Program-made: the position numbers and the translations under genes
Shown here: positions 50,965 to 60,626 of the stretch, in pieces
Layout: every line of letters starts with the position of its first letter
Numbering within the stretch: the first letter of the stretch is position 1
Source of the DNA: a virus
Virus record (IMG/VR): IMGVR_UViG_3300027782_003601
Coordinates: 96,001-160,000 of that record
Length of the DNA: 64,000 nt
Reading direction: 5' to 3' (one strand)
Notes under the pieces: model-generated
What the model saw: the letters and a program-made list of their open reading frames with translations, nothing else
Told to the model about the DNA's origin: nothing
The model's database searches: none

Positions 50965-51432
50965 ATGGCTGTTTTAAAATCAAGTGAAGGTATATTTCTT
51001 AACAATTATTATAGCCTTAATAATAATTATGGATGTAAAATACATACATCAACTAGAACTTGGGCAGCATATGAAACGGGTATTAACATGTTTCAGATAT
51101 ACCAAAATGGTGCAACAAGTACTAGACAAACAATATCTATAGCTATAAAATGGGCAGCTATAAGAACATCGGGTTCTAAAACAGAATTACCTGCTCTTCA
51201 TGCATCTGCTAGAGCTTCTTTAAATACTAATGGTACAATTAGTTTTGATTCTGGGTTTGATTGGCATGCTAATGGAGGTAACGGAATATTATGGCCAAGC
51301 ATTGGAATGGGTGGTTCTTCTTTATTTATAGGTGCAGATAATGGACAATCTACAGGAATAATTGCTTCAATATGGATGAGTATATGTGTTCTTGAATGGG
51401 ATAAATTAGTAGTAAATCCTTATAGCGATTAA
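50965..51432 (+). CDS. Small beta-rich protein (paralogue 2 of 3)
   Basis: SSEGIFLN; C-terminal ICVLEWDKLVV. Confidence 0.65.
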   Translation: MAVLKSSEGIFLNNYYSLNNNYGCKIHTSTRTWAAYETGINMFQIYQNGATSTRQTISIAIKWAAIRTSGSKTELPALHASARASLNTNGTISFDSGFDWHANGGNGILWPSIGMGGSSLFIGADNGQSTGIIASIWMSICVLEWDKLVVNPYSD

Positions 51433-51438
51433 ATTATT

Positions 51439-51870
51439 ATGGCAAGAATAATAGGAAGTGAGGGATTGATTATGAACCAAGCCAATGGTAATGCATATTG
51501 GATGTTATACTCACGTGGTAAAAATGATGTTGGTCCTTATATCCGATTTACTGTTTCTAGTGGGAATCCTGCCGTACATGTTTTTGTTAAAGGTTATGCT
51601 GCATTTACTCAAACAAATGGTTCTTTTGATTTTAATACATCATCTACATACTTTTTAGGTTTTTATTGTGATACTAGTGGAGGTATAACCGCTAATACTG
51701 GTACTTCATGGGTTAGTGGAGCAAATCTGAGTTTTGGTTGGAATACAGCAACTAGACAAGCTGATTTATGGCTTTCTTCTTCTAGTAATGGTGGATTTCC
51801 CGGTAAAGCAAGTATGGAGTGTGAAATATTTTGTGATAGATGGGATTATGTTTCCATATCCAATTTATAA
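51439..51870 (+). CDS. Small beta-rich protein (paralogue 3 of 3)
   Basis: GSEGLIMN, VSSGNP; C-terminal IFCDRWDYVSI. Confidence 0.65.
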   Translation: MARIIGSEGLIMNQANGNAYWMLYSRGKNDVGPYIRFTVSSGNPAVHVFVKGYAAFTQTNGSFDFNTSSTYFLGFYCDTSGGITANTGTSWVSGANLSFGWNTATRQADLWLSSSSNGGFPGKASMECEIFCDRWDYVSISNL

Positions 51871-52016
51871 AACAATTGTTTACTAATTATTTATTATTTA
51901 TATGTGTACAATTAACTACTACATAATATGATTGATATGTCAAAAAATATTTAATGTTTTGAAAATAATTTTTATATTTATATTGAGATAATAAAATTTT
52001 TAAATTAGAATACAAA

Positions 52017-54266
52017 ATGGCAGACAAAATAGTATCACCAGGTGTTTTTACAAAAGAAAACGACCTATCATTTTTACAACAAGGTGTAGCTGATATTGGT
52101 GCAGCATTTATCGGACCTTTTAAAGAAGGACCATTAGTTCCAACAATTGTTAATTCTCAAGCAGAATTTCAAACTTTGTTCGGAACAGTTGATGATACAT
52201 ACTACACACCTTTAGCAGTACAATCATATTTAAGAGAAGCAGGAACTGCTACAATTTGTAGAGTTGGGGGGATTGGTGGATATACTGAAACTGCTCCTTT
52301 ATTATTAACAGTAACATCGGGTTCTATATCGGCATCTCTTGGTATTATTTATGGTACTGCAAGTGGTTCAAATGCAGGATTTACAGGAACAACTGTATCT
52401 GCAAATGGTTTTGGTGATTTTTTAATCTCTGGTTCAAACACAGGATTATTATCAGCATCATTAGACCCACAAGATACAAACGATATTGAAGCAGTATTTG
52501 GAACATCTCCATTTGGTTCTAAGAAACCATATGTTTATGGATTTTTCCAAAATGCATATTCAAATCAAGGACAAGCAATTGGGTATACAATAGCAGCAAC
52601 TGCATCTGTAACTGTTTTAGGAAATCAATTATATACATTTGATGCACAGGAAGCTAAAACTCCATTTATTCAATCACAATTGATTTCTGGAGATAGAACA
52701 AATCTTTTCCGTTTTGAAACAATTGGCGCAGGAAATGCGGCAAATACTAAAGTTAAAATTGCTATTACAAATATTAAAGCAGCAGGTTCTGTAAATGGTA
52801 CTGATTATGGTATATTTACAGTTGTTGTTAGAGATGGCGCTGATACAAACAAAAAGAGAGTTGTATTAGAAACATTTGCTAATGTAAATTTAGACCCTAA
52901 CTCACCTAACTTTATTAATAGAGTTATTGGAGATAGAAAAAGAACTATTGGTTCAGATGGTAAAATAACTGAAACAGGTGATTGGGTTAATAACTCAAAA
53001 TATATCAGAGTTACTGATATAAACTTAAATTCACCAGTTCAAGCAGTACCTTTTGCACATAATGCATATCAATTACCTATTTCTACATCAGCAGCAATTG
53101 GAAGTTTAATCCCATCCGCATCATTTGTTAGTTCTTCAGCAACACAATATGGTGGTATTGATTTAGATAATAATATAGATAATTCATTCTATTTAAATCC
53201 AATTCCAACTGGAGCAGGTGTAGGTGGAAACGTTGTATTTGGTTTAGATTCCGTTAATGGTGGTGCATTATCAGTAGGTTCAACATCGGCACAATTTTTA
53301 GTAGCATTCCAAGAAGGATTTAATGGTTTAGCACCAACAACACCTATCTATAAAGGAACTGATATTACCGCAGGAAACTCACAAGGATTTAACCTTTCTA
53401 CATCATTATCATCTGGTTCAATTGCATACGGAAAACATATATCGGCATTATCTAATCAAGATGAATACGATGTTAATATGATTGTAACTCCTGGTGTTAT
53501 TAGAAGATTGCACACATCTGTAACAACTAATATTTTGGATATGGTTGAAGCAAGAAGTGATTGTTTCTACATTATGGATACAACTTCATATACGGACACT
53601 ATTTCACAAGCAATAACGCAAGCAGATGCAATTGATTCAAACTACGCAGCAACTTACTACCCTTGGATTAAAACTATTGATGTTAACACTAACAAATTAA
53701 TTGCAGTACCACCATCAGTATTATTACCTGGAGTATTTGCATCAAATGATAGAGTAGCAGCTGAATGGTTTGCACCAGCAGGTTTAAATAGAGGTGGATT
53801 GATTGGAGCAGTTTCTGTTCAAAATCGTTTAACTCAATCGGAAAAAGATACATTATATGATGGAAAAGTAAATCCTATCGTTCAGTTTCCAGGACAAGGC
53901 ATCGTAGTGTTTGGACAAAAAACATTACAAGATAAACCATCTGCATTAGATAGAATTAATGTAAGAAGATTATTATTAACCGTTAGAAAATACATCGCAT
54001 CTACTTCAAGATATTTAGTGTTTGAACAAAATACTGCTGAAACTAGAAATAGATTTTTAAACATTGTAAATCCTTATTTAGAATCAATTCAACAAAGACA
54101 AGGACTTTACGCATTTAAAGTTGCGATGGATGATTCAAACAACACACCAGATGTAATTGATAGAAACATTATGAAAGGAGCTATCTACTTACAACCAACT
54201 AAGACAGCTGAATTCATTCAAATTGATTTCAACATCTTACCAACTGGCGCAGCGTTTAACGGATAA
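52017..54266 (+). CDS. gp18: Tail sheath protein (gp18-like)
   Basis: VSPGVFTKENDLS, YYPW, VPPS, WFAPAGLNRG, FGQKTLQ, LDRINVRRLL, FEQN, PTKTAEFI. Confidence 0.96.
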   Translation: MADKIVSPGVFTKENDLSFLQQGVADIGAAFIGPFKEGPLVPTIVNSQAEFQTLFGTVDDTYYTPLAVQSYLREAGTATICRVGGIGGYTETAPLLLTVTSGSISASLGIIYGTASGSNAGFTGTTVSANGFGDFLISGSNTGLLSASLDPQDTNDIEAVFGTSPFGSKKPYVYGFFQNAYSNQGQAIGYTIAATASVTVLGNQLYTFDAQEAKTPFIQSQLISGDRTNLFRFETIGAGNAANTKVKIAITNIKAAGSVNGTDYGIFTVVVRDGADTNKKRVVLETFANVNLDPNSPNFINRVIGDRKRTIGSDGKITETGDWVNNSKYIRVTDINLNSPVQAVPFAHNAYQLPISTSAAIGSLIPSASFVSSSATQYGGIDLDNNIDNSFYLNPIPTGAGVGGNVVFGLDSVNGGALSVGSTSAQFLVAFQEGFNGLAPTTPIYKGTDITAGNSQGFNLSTSLSSGSIAYGKHISALSNQDEYDVNMIVTPGVIRRLHTSVTTNILDMVEARSDCFYIMDTTSYTDTISQAITQADAIDSNYAATYYPWIKTIDVNTNKLIAVPPSVLLPGVFASNDRVAAEWFAPAGLNRGGLIGAVSVQNRLTQSEKDTLYDGKVNPIVQFPGQGIVVFGQKTLQDKPSALDRINVRRLLLTVRKYIASTSRYLVFEQNTAETRNRFLNIVNPYLESIQQRQGLYAFKVAMDDSNNTPDVIDRNIMKGAIYLQPTKTAEFIQIDFNILPTGAAFNG

Positions 54267-54316
54267 TTTTAAAAAACCATATTTATTATAGAGAATAACA
54301 TTTAAATAAAAAGAAA

Positions 54317-54805
54317 ATGCCAGAAATATTAGAATTTGACAAGATATTTTATAAGAATTTTGAACCAAAACTTGGTAATAGATTCATTATGGAAATCAAT
54401 GGTATAGAATCATACATTATCAAAACTGCAAGTAGACCAACATTTACTTCGGAAATAGTTGAATTAGACCATATCAACGTAAAACGTAAGATAAAGGGAA
54501 AATCTAACTGGGATGATATGAACATCACACTTTATGACCCAATTGTTCCATCAGGAGCACAACAAGTTATGGAGTGGATTAGAACATCACATGAATCCCT
54601 AACAGGAAGAGATGGATACGCTGCATTCTATAAGAAAGACATTACTTTTTATTTGTTAGGACCAGTAGGTGATAAAATTGAACAATGGACAATCAAAGGA
54701 GCATTCATTACATCAGCAAACTTTGGTGATTTAGATTGGTCTTCAAATGACCCGGTTTCAATTGAATTAACTTTAACGTTTGATTACGCGGTATTAGAGT
54801 ATTAA
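54317..54805 (+). CDS. gp19: Tail tube protein (gp19-like)
   Basis: EPKLGNRF, WDDMNITLYD, YKKDI, W.IKGAF, LDWS, IELTLTFDY; follows sheath. Confidence 0.9.
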   Translation: MPEILEFDKIFYKNFEPKLGNRFIMEINGIESYIIKTASRPTFTSEIVELDHINVKRKIKGKSNWDDMNITLYDPIVPSGAQQVMEWIRTSHESLTGRDGYAAFYKKDITFYLLGPVGDKIEQWTIKGAFITSANFGDLDWSSNDPVSIELTLTFDYAVLEY

Positions 54806-54830
54806 AATTAAATAAAGTAATTGAAATAAG

Positions 54831-54862
54831 AGGGGAGCAGAAATGTTCCCCTTTATTTTTTT
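54831..54862 (+). terminator. Intrinsic terminator after tube gene
   Basis: AGGGGAGCA-GAAA-TGTTCCCCT followed by TTATTTTTTT. Confidence 0.85.
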
Positions 54863-54902
54863 AAAAATGTAATATATATTAATAAACACATTAAGTTATA
54901 TT

Positions 54903-55715
54903 ATGGAAGAACAATTAGAACAACAAGTTACGAGAGGTTTAGGTACACCCCAAACTACAACTCAAAGAAACTTCCCATTTGCAACGGAAGTTATTTCATT
55001 ACCATCAAAAGGATTACCATATCCAGAGCATTCGCCATTATCAAAAGGAGAAATAACTCTTAAACTAATGACTGCAAAAGAAGAAGATATTTTAACTTCT
55101 ACAAATTTAATTCGTAAAGGAATTCATTTGGATAAGTTATTAGAATCTATTGTAGTAGAGCCTGGTGTTAATATAAATGATATTTTAATTGGTGATAAAA
55201 ACGCAATTTTGATTATTACAAGAATGTTGGCATTTGGACCTGAATATGAGGTTACTGTAACAGATTCTGAATCAGATGAGGATGTAATTATAAAAGTGGA
55301 TTTATCTAAATTAAAAACAAAAGAAATTGATTATTCTTTATTAAATAGAAATAATGAATACGATTTTACATTGCCAAAATCAAAAAATGAAATTAAATTT
55401 AAATTACTTACTCATGGAGATGAACTTGCAATTCAAAAAGATGTTGAAGCAAGTGAAAAAATATTAAAACAAGGTAATGAAATTACTACAAGATTTAGAA
55501 GAATTATTACAGAAGTAGATGGTAATAGAGATTTAGGATATATTAGTAATTTTGTTTCAAATAGATTATTGGCAATGGATTCAAAAGCATTGAGAAAGCA
55601 TATTTTAGAACTTACTCCTGATTTGGATTTAAATATGGAATATGAAAATTCAATAGGTGAGACGGAGGCTCTCCGAATCCCGTTTGGGGTTGACTTTTTT
55701 TACCCTTCCGAGTAA
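54903..55715 (+). CDS. Tail assembly chaperone / gp26-like baseplate hub assembly protein
   Basis: LPSKG..Y, MTAKEEDIL, IGDKNAILI..R...G; ends FFYPSE; lies between tube and tape measure. Confidence 0.75.
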   Translation: MEEQLEQQVTRGLGTPQTTTQRNFPFATEVISLPSKGLPYPEHSPLSKGEITLKLMTAKEEDILTSTNLIRKGIHLDKLLESIVVEPGVNINDILIGDKNAILIITRMLAFGPEYEVTVTDSESDEDVIIKVDLSKLKTKEIDYSLLNRNNEYDFTLPKSKNEIKFKLLTHGDELAIQKDVEASEKILKQGNEITTRFRRIITEVDGNRDLGYISNFVSNRLLAMDSKALRKHILELTPDLDLNMEYENSIGETEALRIPFGVDFFYPSE

Positions 55716-55923
55716 TTATTCTGTAGTATTGCATCAAACCATTTTTCAAATGATTTATTATGCAAATGGTGGATTTAATTGGAACGATTTATATTTTATG
55801 CCAACTAAACTTAGAGAGTTTTATTGGAAAGAATTATTAAAAACAAAAGAAGAAGAAAGGGAGCAAATTGAAAAATCCAAACCATCAACTTCAAATAATT
55901 CATCTAAAACTAAAAGAAGATGA
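55696..55923 (+). CDS. gp51-like / chaperone 'T' segment, probably reached by frameshift (or ATG 55750)
   Basis: FNWNDLYFMPTKLREFY; overlaps the upstream gene across a T7 run. Confidence 0.6.
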   Translation, partial: FFTLPSNYSVVLHQTIFQMIYYANGGFNWNDLYFMPTKLREFYWKELLKTKEEEREQIEKSKPSTSNNSSKTKRR

Positions 55924-55958
55924 TATTTATAATAAAAATATAAATAAAATAAGGTATT

Positions 55959-56216
55959 ATGCACAAAAAATTAATAGTAGAAGTTGATATCTTTGCCAAA
56001 TTATTATCACTATTTTATGATAAAAAAGCAAAAGGTGAAGAAGATGATTTGGAAACGGTCATTGATTCATCCAATAATGTTGCATTTGATAAAGCATATA
56101 AAGCTTGGAAATCTGATAGTGAAAAACTATTAGTAAGTACTAAAAATTTATTAAAACAATCCGGAGAAAGTACTGCTAAGATAGATGCATTATTAAAAAA
56201 ATACCATAATTATTAA
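55959..56216 (+). CDS. Hypothetical protein
   Basis: ORF after ATATTTATA (55923). Confidence 0.65.
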   Translation: MHKKLIVEVDIFAKLLSLFYDKKAKGEEDDLETVIDSSNNVAFDKAYKAWKSDSEKLLVSTKNLLKQSGESTAKIDALLKKYHNY

Positions 56217-56227
56217 TAATATTATAG

Positions 56228-58957
56228 ATGGCTAAATCGGACAATCTTAATTCTAGATTACTTTCTTTGAAAGAAGAAACTGACCAACTGAAAGAAAATC
56301 AATTGCAGTTGAAAAAGTTATATGCGTTAGAAGATAAGATAACCAATACTCAATTCAAAAAAATAGAATCATTAGAAACTCAGAACAAAGAATTAGAAAA
56401 ATCTAAAAATAAATACGAAGTATTATTAAAATTACAAAAAGATAAGGCAAAAATATTAAAAGCTGAACTAAATGATTATGATGCTATTGATGCAAATTTA
56501 ATTAGTATTGGCAATACTATAGGGAAAAATACAAAAGCATATCAGTTTCAAAAAGAAAAATTAGATAAAACAAAAGGTGTATTAGAAAGTATTGGAATTG
56601 TTATAAGTAAGAATTCAAAAATTAGTAATAAGGATAAAGGCCAGATGGTAAAGGTCTTAAAAGCTTATAAACAAAACCAATCTTCAATTTTAGAAGCAAG
56701 TAAGTTAAAAATTAAAGGTAAAATAACTGAACAAGAGTATCTTAAAATTATTGAAGAATCTAGAAAAGCATATTCCGATGTAAGGTCTGAAATTGAATTA
56801 TCCGTTGATGCAAGTGAATTATTAGCACAAAACATTACTGATATGGATAATGAAATAAATTCATTTGCAAATTCGGCTAAAAAATCAGCATCGGTATTAA
56901 AAGGTTTTGAAAATTCAATAAATACAATAGCGGGTAGTGGTGTAGATGGTGTCAAAGAATTAGGAGATGTTTTAAAAATTGCCACTAATGGTGGAAAGGG
57001 GTTATCATTAGCATTGGGTGCATTAGCAGGTGTAGCCGCTGGTATGGCTTATAATTTTGGATTAATTGGTAATAAACTCGCTACAATAGCGGGATATGAT
57101 TCAAAAATTGCCGGATTAACAGGAGAAATTGATGCAATAAATCAAAAAGTAAATATGGGTGTAAATGGTTTCGGAGAACGAAACTTTGTAATGGAACAAG
57201 CAATGCTTGATTTTAATTCATCCGTACAACAAATGGGAGCTGCATTTAATGCAGCATCTAAAACGGCATTATTTGGTAATAAATTAGGTAGTGTTGGATA
57301 TGGTGCTGCTCAATTACAATTAGCAGGAGTTAGTGCTGAAGAAATTTCAACTTCATTATCCGCTGCAAGTAATGTAATGGGTAAACGGTTATCAAGTCAA
57401 TTGGCTGCCGATATGGCAGTTATGTCAAAAAGAACAGGACAATCTGCTGAAAATCTTGCATCGGTTACAGAATACTTTATGAGAACGGATAAAGTAGGAG
57501 CAAAATCTGCAATTAATATGCAGGAAGGATTAAGAGCAATGGCGGATAGTGCTAAAGTTGATTTGGGCGGAGTAATGGAAGAGGTTGCAGAAGCATCAAA
57601 AGAAGCATTAGGATACCAAATTAAATCAGGTCCTGCATTAGCAAAACAAGTAATTTATGCAAAATCATTAGGTGTTTCATTTAATGATATAGCAAAAGCT
57701 GGTAAAAGTATGGTTTTGAACTATAAAGATAGTATCAAAAACGAAATGCAATTATCGGCAATGTTGGGTAGAAATGTAAATCTTTCAGAAGCCCGTTCTT
57801 TATTTGCACAAGGTAAAAACGATGAAGCATTAAAATCCATTCAAGCACAAGGTTTAGACCCTGCTAAAATGAATATGTTCCAACAAGAAGCATTACAACA
57901 AGCGTTGGGTGGGTTGGACTTAAATTCAATACAGAAAGTTGCACAAAATCAAGCTAGAAGTGGAGGCAGTTTAACAGAAGGAAATGTAGGTACTGGTAAT
58001 AAAGAATTTTTATCTAGAGTAAAAGAAAGAGAGACTAGTTTAGCAGGAGCTAATGCTATGATTTCGGCAGCAACTGAATTACAAAGAATAGGATTAAATG
58101 CTGCATCAGAACAACAAAAACAACAAGCTATTATAGATGATGTTGGGGGTATTGCAAAATTAATAAATGAAAGAGACCAACAAGGTTTTTTAAAGAATGC
58201 CGAAACAATGCTAACAACTGCTTTAATAAGTACTGTTGCAACTGTTGTTACAACTTTTTTAATGAATAAAGGTGGTGGGTTATTAAGTAAATTTACAGGT
58301 AAAGGTATTGAAAAACCTCTTTCAAAAACGGCTGAAAAACCTCTTTTAAAAACGGCTGAAAAACCTCTTTCAAAAACGGCTGAAAAACAACTTACAAAAC
58401 AAGCTGAAAAACAACTTGCAAAACAAGGTGGAAGAACCGCAGCAAAAGCTTTGGGAAAATCTTTACTTAAAAAAATACCATTTTTAGGACTTGGTATGGG
58501 TTTATTATTTGCAGGACAAAAAGCGCTTGCAGGCGATTTTACGGGTGCAGGATTGGAAGTGGCAAGTGGTGGGGCATCTATGATTCCTGGATTTGGAACT
58601 GCTGCTTCTTTTGGAATAGATGCAGCAATTGCAGCTAGGGATATGGGAGCATTTGATAGTAAAAACCCAACTGCTACTGTTAAAAAACCAGGAACAGTTT
58701 CTGCAAAATCAGCTTCTGTGGTAGGAAAGTCATCATTAGTATTATCCGATGTTCAATATCAGACAAGATTACAAATGAAAATGGTTGAATTACTTGGTAC
58801 AAATGCTATATTATTACAATCAATTTTAGAAGAAACAGATAAAGATAAGAGTATTAAATTAAATGGAGTTAAATTAAATACCCAATTAATGTTTAATGCA
58901 CGAAAGCAAATGGCAGTTTCAAGAAAAGAAGCAATAGGTACAAACGCATCTATGTAA
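56228..58957 (+). CDS. Tape measure protein
   Basis: Long helical Ala/Gln/Lys-rich ORF after the chaperones; hydrophobic KKIPFLG..GDFTGAGLE..MIPGFG region. Confidence 0.8.
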   Translation: MAKSDNLNSRLLSLKEETDQLKENQLQLKKLYALEDKITNTQFKKIESLETQNKELEKSKNKYEVLLKLQKDKAKILKAELNDYDAIDANLISIGNTIGKNTKAYQFQKEKLDKTKGVLESIGIVISKNSKISNKDKGQMVKVLKAYKQNQSSILEASKLKIKGKITEQEYLKIIEESRKAYSDVRSEIELSVDASELLAQNITDMDNEINSFANSAKKSASVLKGFENSINTIAGSGVDGVKELGDVLKIATNGGKGLSLALGALAGVAAGMAYNFGLIGNKLATIAGYDSKIAGLTGEIDAINQKVNMGVNGFGERNFVMEQAMLDFNSSVQQMGAAFNAASKTALFGNKLGSVGYGAAQLQLAGVSAEEISTSLSAASNVMGKRLSSQLAADMAVMSKRTGQSAENLASVTEYFMRTDKVGAKSAINMQEGLRAMADSAKVDLGGVMEEVAEASKEALGYQIKSGPALAKQVIYAKSLGVSFNDIAKAGKSMVLNYKDSIKNEMQLSAMLGRNVNLSEARSLFAQGKNDEALKSIQAQGLDPAKMNMFQQEALQQALGGLDLNSIQKVAQNQARSGGSLTEGNVGTGNKEFLSRVKERETSLAGANAMISAATELQRIGLNAASEQQKQQAIIDDVGGIAKLINERDQQGFLKNAETMLTTALISTVATVVTTFLMNKGGGLLSKFTGKGIEKPLSKTAEKPLLKTAEKPLSKTAEKQLTKQAEKQLAKQGGRTAAKALGKSLLKKIPFLGLGMGLLFAGQKALAGDFTGAGLEVASGGASMIPGFGTAASFGIDAAIAARDMGAFDSKNPTATVKKPGTVSAKSASVVGKSSLVLSDVQYQTRLQMKMVELLGTNAILLQSILEETDKDKSIKLNGVKLNTQLMFNARKQMAVSRKEAIGTNASM
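58310..58429 (+). repeat. 5 x 24-bp in-frame tandem repeat (EKPLSKTA-like)
   Basis: gaaaaacctctttcaaaaacggct x3 (one mismatch) plus two diverged copies. Confidence 0.9.
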
Positions 58958-59001
58958 TAAATTTTAATAACTCATATTTATAGTAAATCAATAAACTATA
59001 A

Positions 59002-60321
59002 ATGCCTACAATATTAGAACTTTTTAATTCTGGAAAAAAAGAATTATACGATAAAGAAATTATTCGTATAGAAAGTAAAGGATTAATTAATCCACCAAGA
59101 GTAGCAGCATTAGCAGCATCTTCTCCAAATACCCTTGCAGATTTAGTAGGTGGTCAATTAGCGGGAACAATTGGTGGAACTGCAAATAGACCTTCGGATA
59201 CAATATTTAAAAAATATAATCCATTAGCTAAACCAATTACATTAACTGCCGCAACAACTGCTCAATTGCAAGATGTAGTTGAACCTGGTAAAGATTATGT
59301 GGTAAAACAAAACCCATCTCCGTCTTCAATTATAAATGATTTAGCAAAAGGAGGAGTATCGGCACAAAATGTTGTAACTAATTTGGCAATTCATGATTTA
59401 AATAAATATGGAAATAAAAATGGTTTAAAAAAATTAGGAGATTCTTTAAAAAATAAAACTAATAATACCGTTTATACAAACATAAAACCATTTTCAACAC
59501 ATTTAAATGGAAAGCAAAGAGATAAAACACAATTAAAAACATGGGATATGTCAAATGAAGATTTGAACACTATTTCATATTTTGAAGATGATAAGCAATT
59601 AAAAAATTGGATAAATGAAAATCGTTTTCAAAATCAAGTTACAATAACATTTCAAAAATATGGTAATAAAACAATAATTCCATTTGTAGGAGCAATAAGT
59701 GGAATAAGTGAAGATATACAACCTGAATGGAGTAATTTTAAATATGTAGGTTCACCATTTAAAACATATAGATATGGTGGAGTTGAACGTTCTGTAAAGT
59801 TTAATTTAAAATTATACTACATGGGAGTTGATGGAAAACAAACAATGGTTAAAAAAGTAAATTATCTTAAATCTTTAGCGTTTCCTGATAATGAAATTTC
59901 TGAAATAACATATGGTACTAATCAACAATCAAATCAATACGCATTTTCACCAAATTTAGTATTATTTTCAATTGGTGATTTATATAAAAATATGTTTGGA
60001 TATATGGAAAGTTTATCAATTAGTATAGATGATAATACGGTTTGGTCAAATTTTAATCCAACAAATGAATCTCGTGGTGATAATGAATTATATCCATCTG
60101 TAATTGATGCATCTATTGGAATAAAAATAATTGAAAATCACAAAACTGAAAAAGATGGAACTATTACTAAATACAAATATAATTTTGATGGTAGAGGTGA
60201 TACTTTTATAAAAGAAGAAAAAAAACCAGGAAATCCATTTAATTCAGATGGTTCAATTAAAAATAAAGAAATTAAACAAACATCTGTAAATATTACGCCA
60301 CCTGTAATAAAATACCCATAA
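59002..60321 (+). CDS. Baseplate / tube-initiator-like protein
   Basis: ISEDIQPEW..YVG..YRYGGVERSVKFNLK..L.IGDLY..G...SLSISID..W; position after TMP. Confidence 0.6.
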   Translation: MPTILELFNSGKKELYDKEIIRIESKGLINPPRVAALAASSPNTLADLVGGQLAGTIGGTANRPSDTIFKKYNPLAKPITLTAATTAQLQDVVEPGKDYVVKQNPSPSSIINDLAKGGVSAQNVVTNLAIHDLNKYGNKNGLKKLGDSLKNKTNNTVYTNIKPFSTHLNGKQRDKTQLKTWDMSNEDLNTISYFEDDKQLKNWINENRFQNQVTITFQKYGNKTIIPFVGAISGISEDIQPEWSNFKYVGSPFKTYRYGGVERSVKFNLKLYYMGVDGKQTMVKKVNYLKSLAFPDNEISEITYGTNQQSNQYAFSPNLVLFSIGDLYKNMFGYMESLSISIDDNTVWSNFNPTNESRGDNELYPSVIDASIGIKIIENHKTEKDGTITKYKYNFDGRGDTFIKEEKKPGNPFNSDGSIKNKEIKQTSVNITPPVIKYP

Positions 60322-60623
60322 TGGCAAGTAGATACCAATATACAACTCAATTAACAACATATAATACTAAAAGAAAGTATTTAAGTTCTGTTATATATCC
60401 TAAAATACAACCAACGGATAATGATATGTATATAATATCTGAATCAAGTGATAGATTGGATATATTAGCAAGTAAATATTATGGTGATAAATCTTATTGG
60501 TGGGTAATATCAATTGCAAATAATTTAAATGATGCATCATATCATATACAACCAGGTCTTCAATTAAGAATTCCATCCGATTTATCTACCATTTTAAGAA
60601 ATTTTGACAAATTAAATAAATAA
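60321..60623 (+). CDS. LysM-domain baseplate wedge protein (gp53-like)
   Basis: DRLDILASKYYGDKSYWWVISIANNL..PGLQLRIP. Confidence 0.85.
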   Translation: MASRYQYTTQLTTYNTKRKYLSSVIYPKIQPTDNDMYIISESSDRLDILASKYYGDKSYWWVISIANNLNDASYHIQPGLQLRIPSDLSTILRNFDKLNK

Positions 60624-60626
60624 GTT

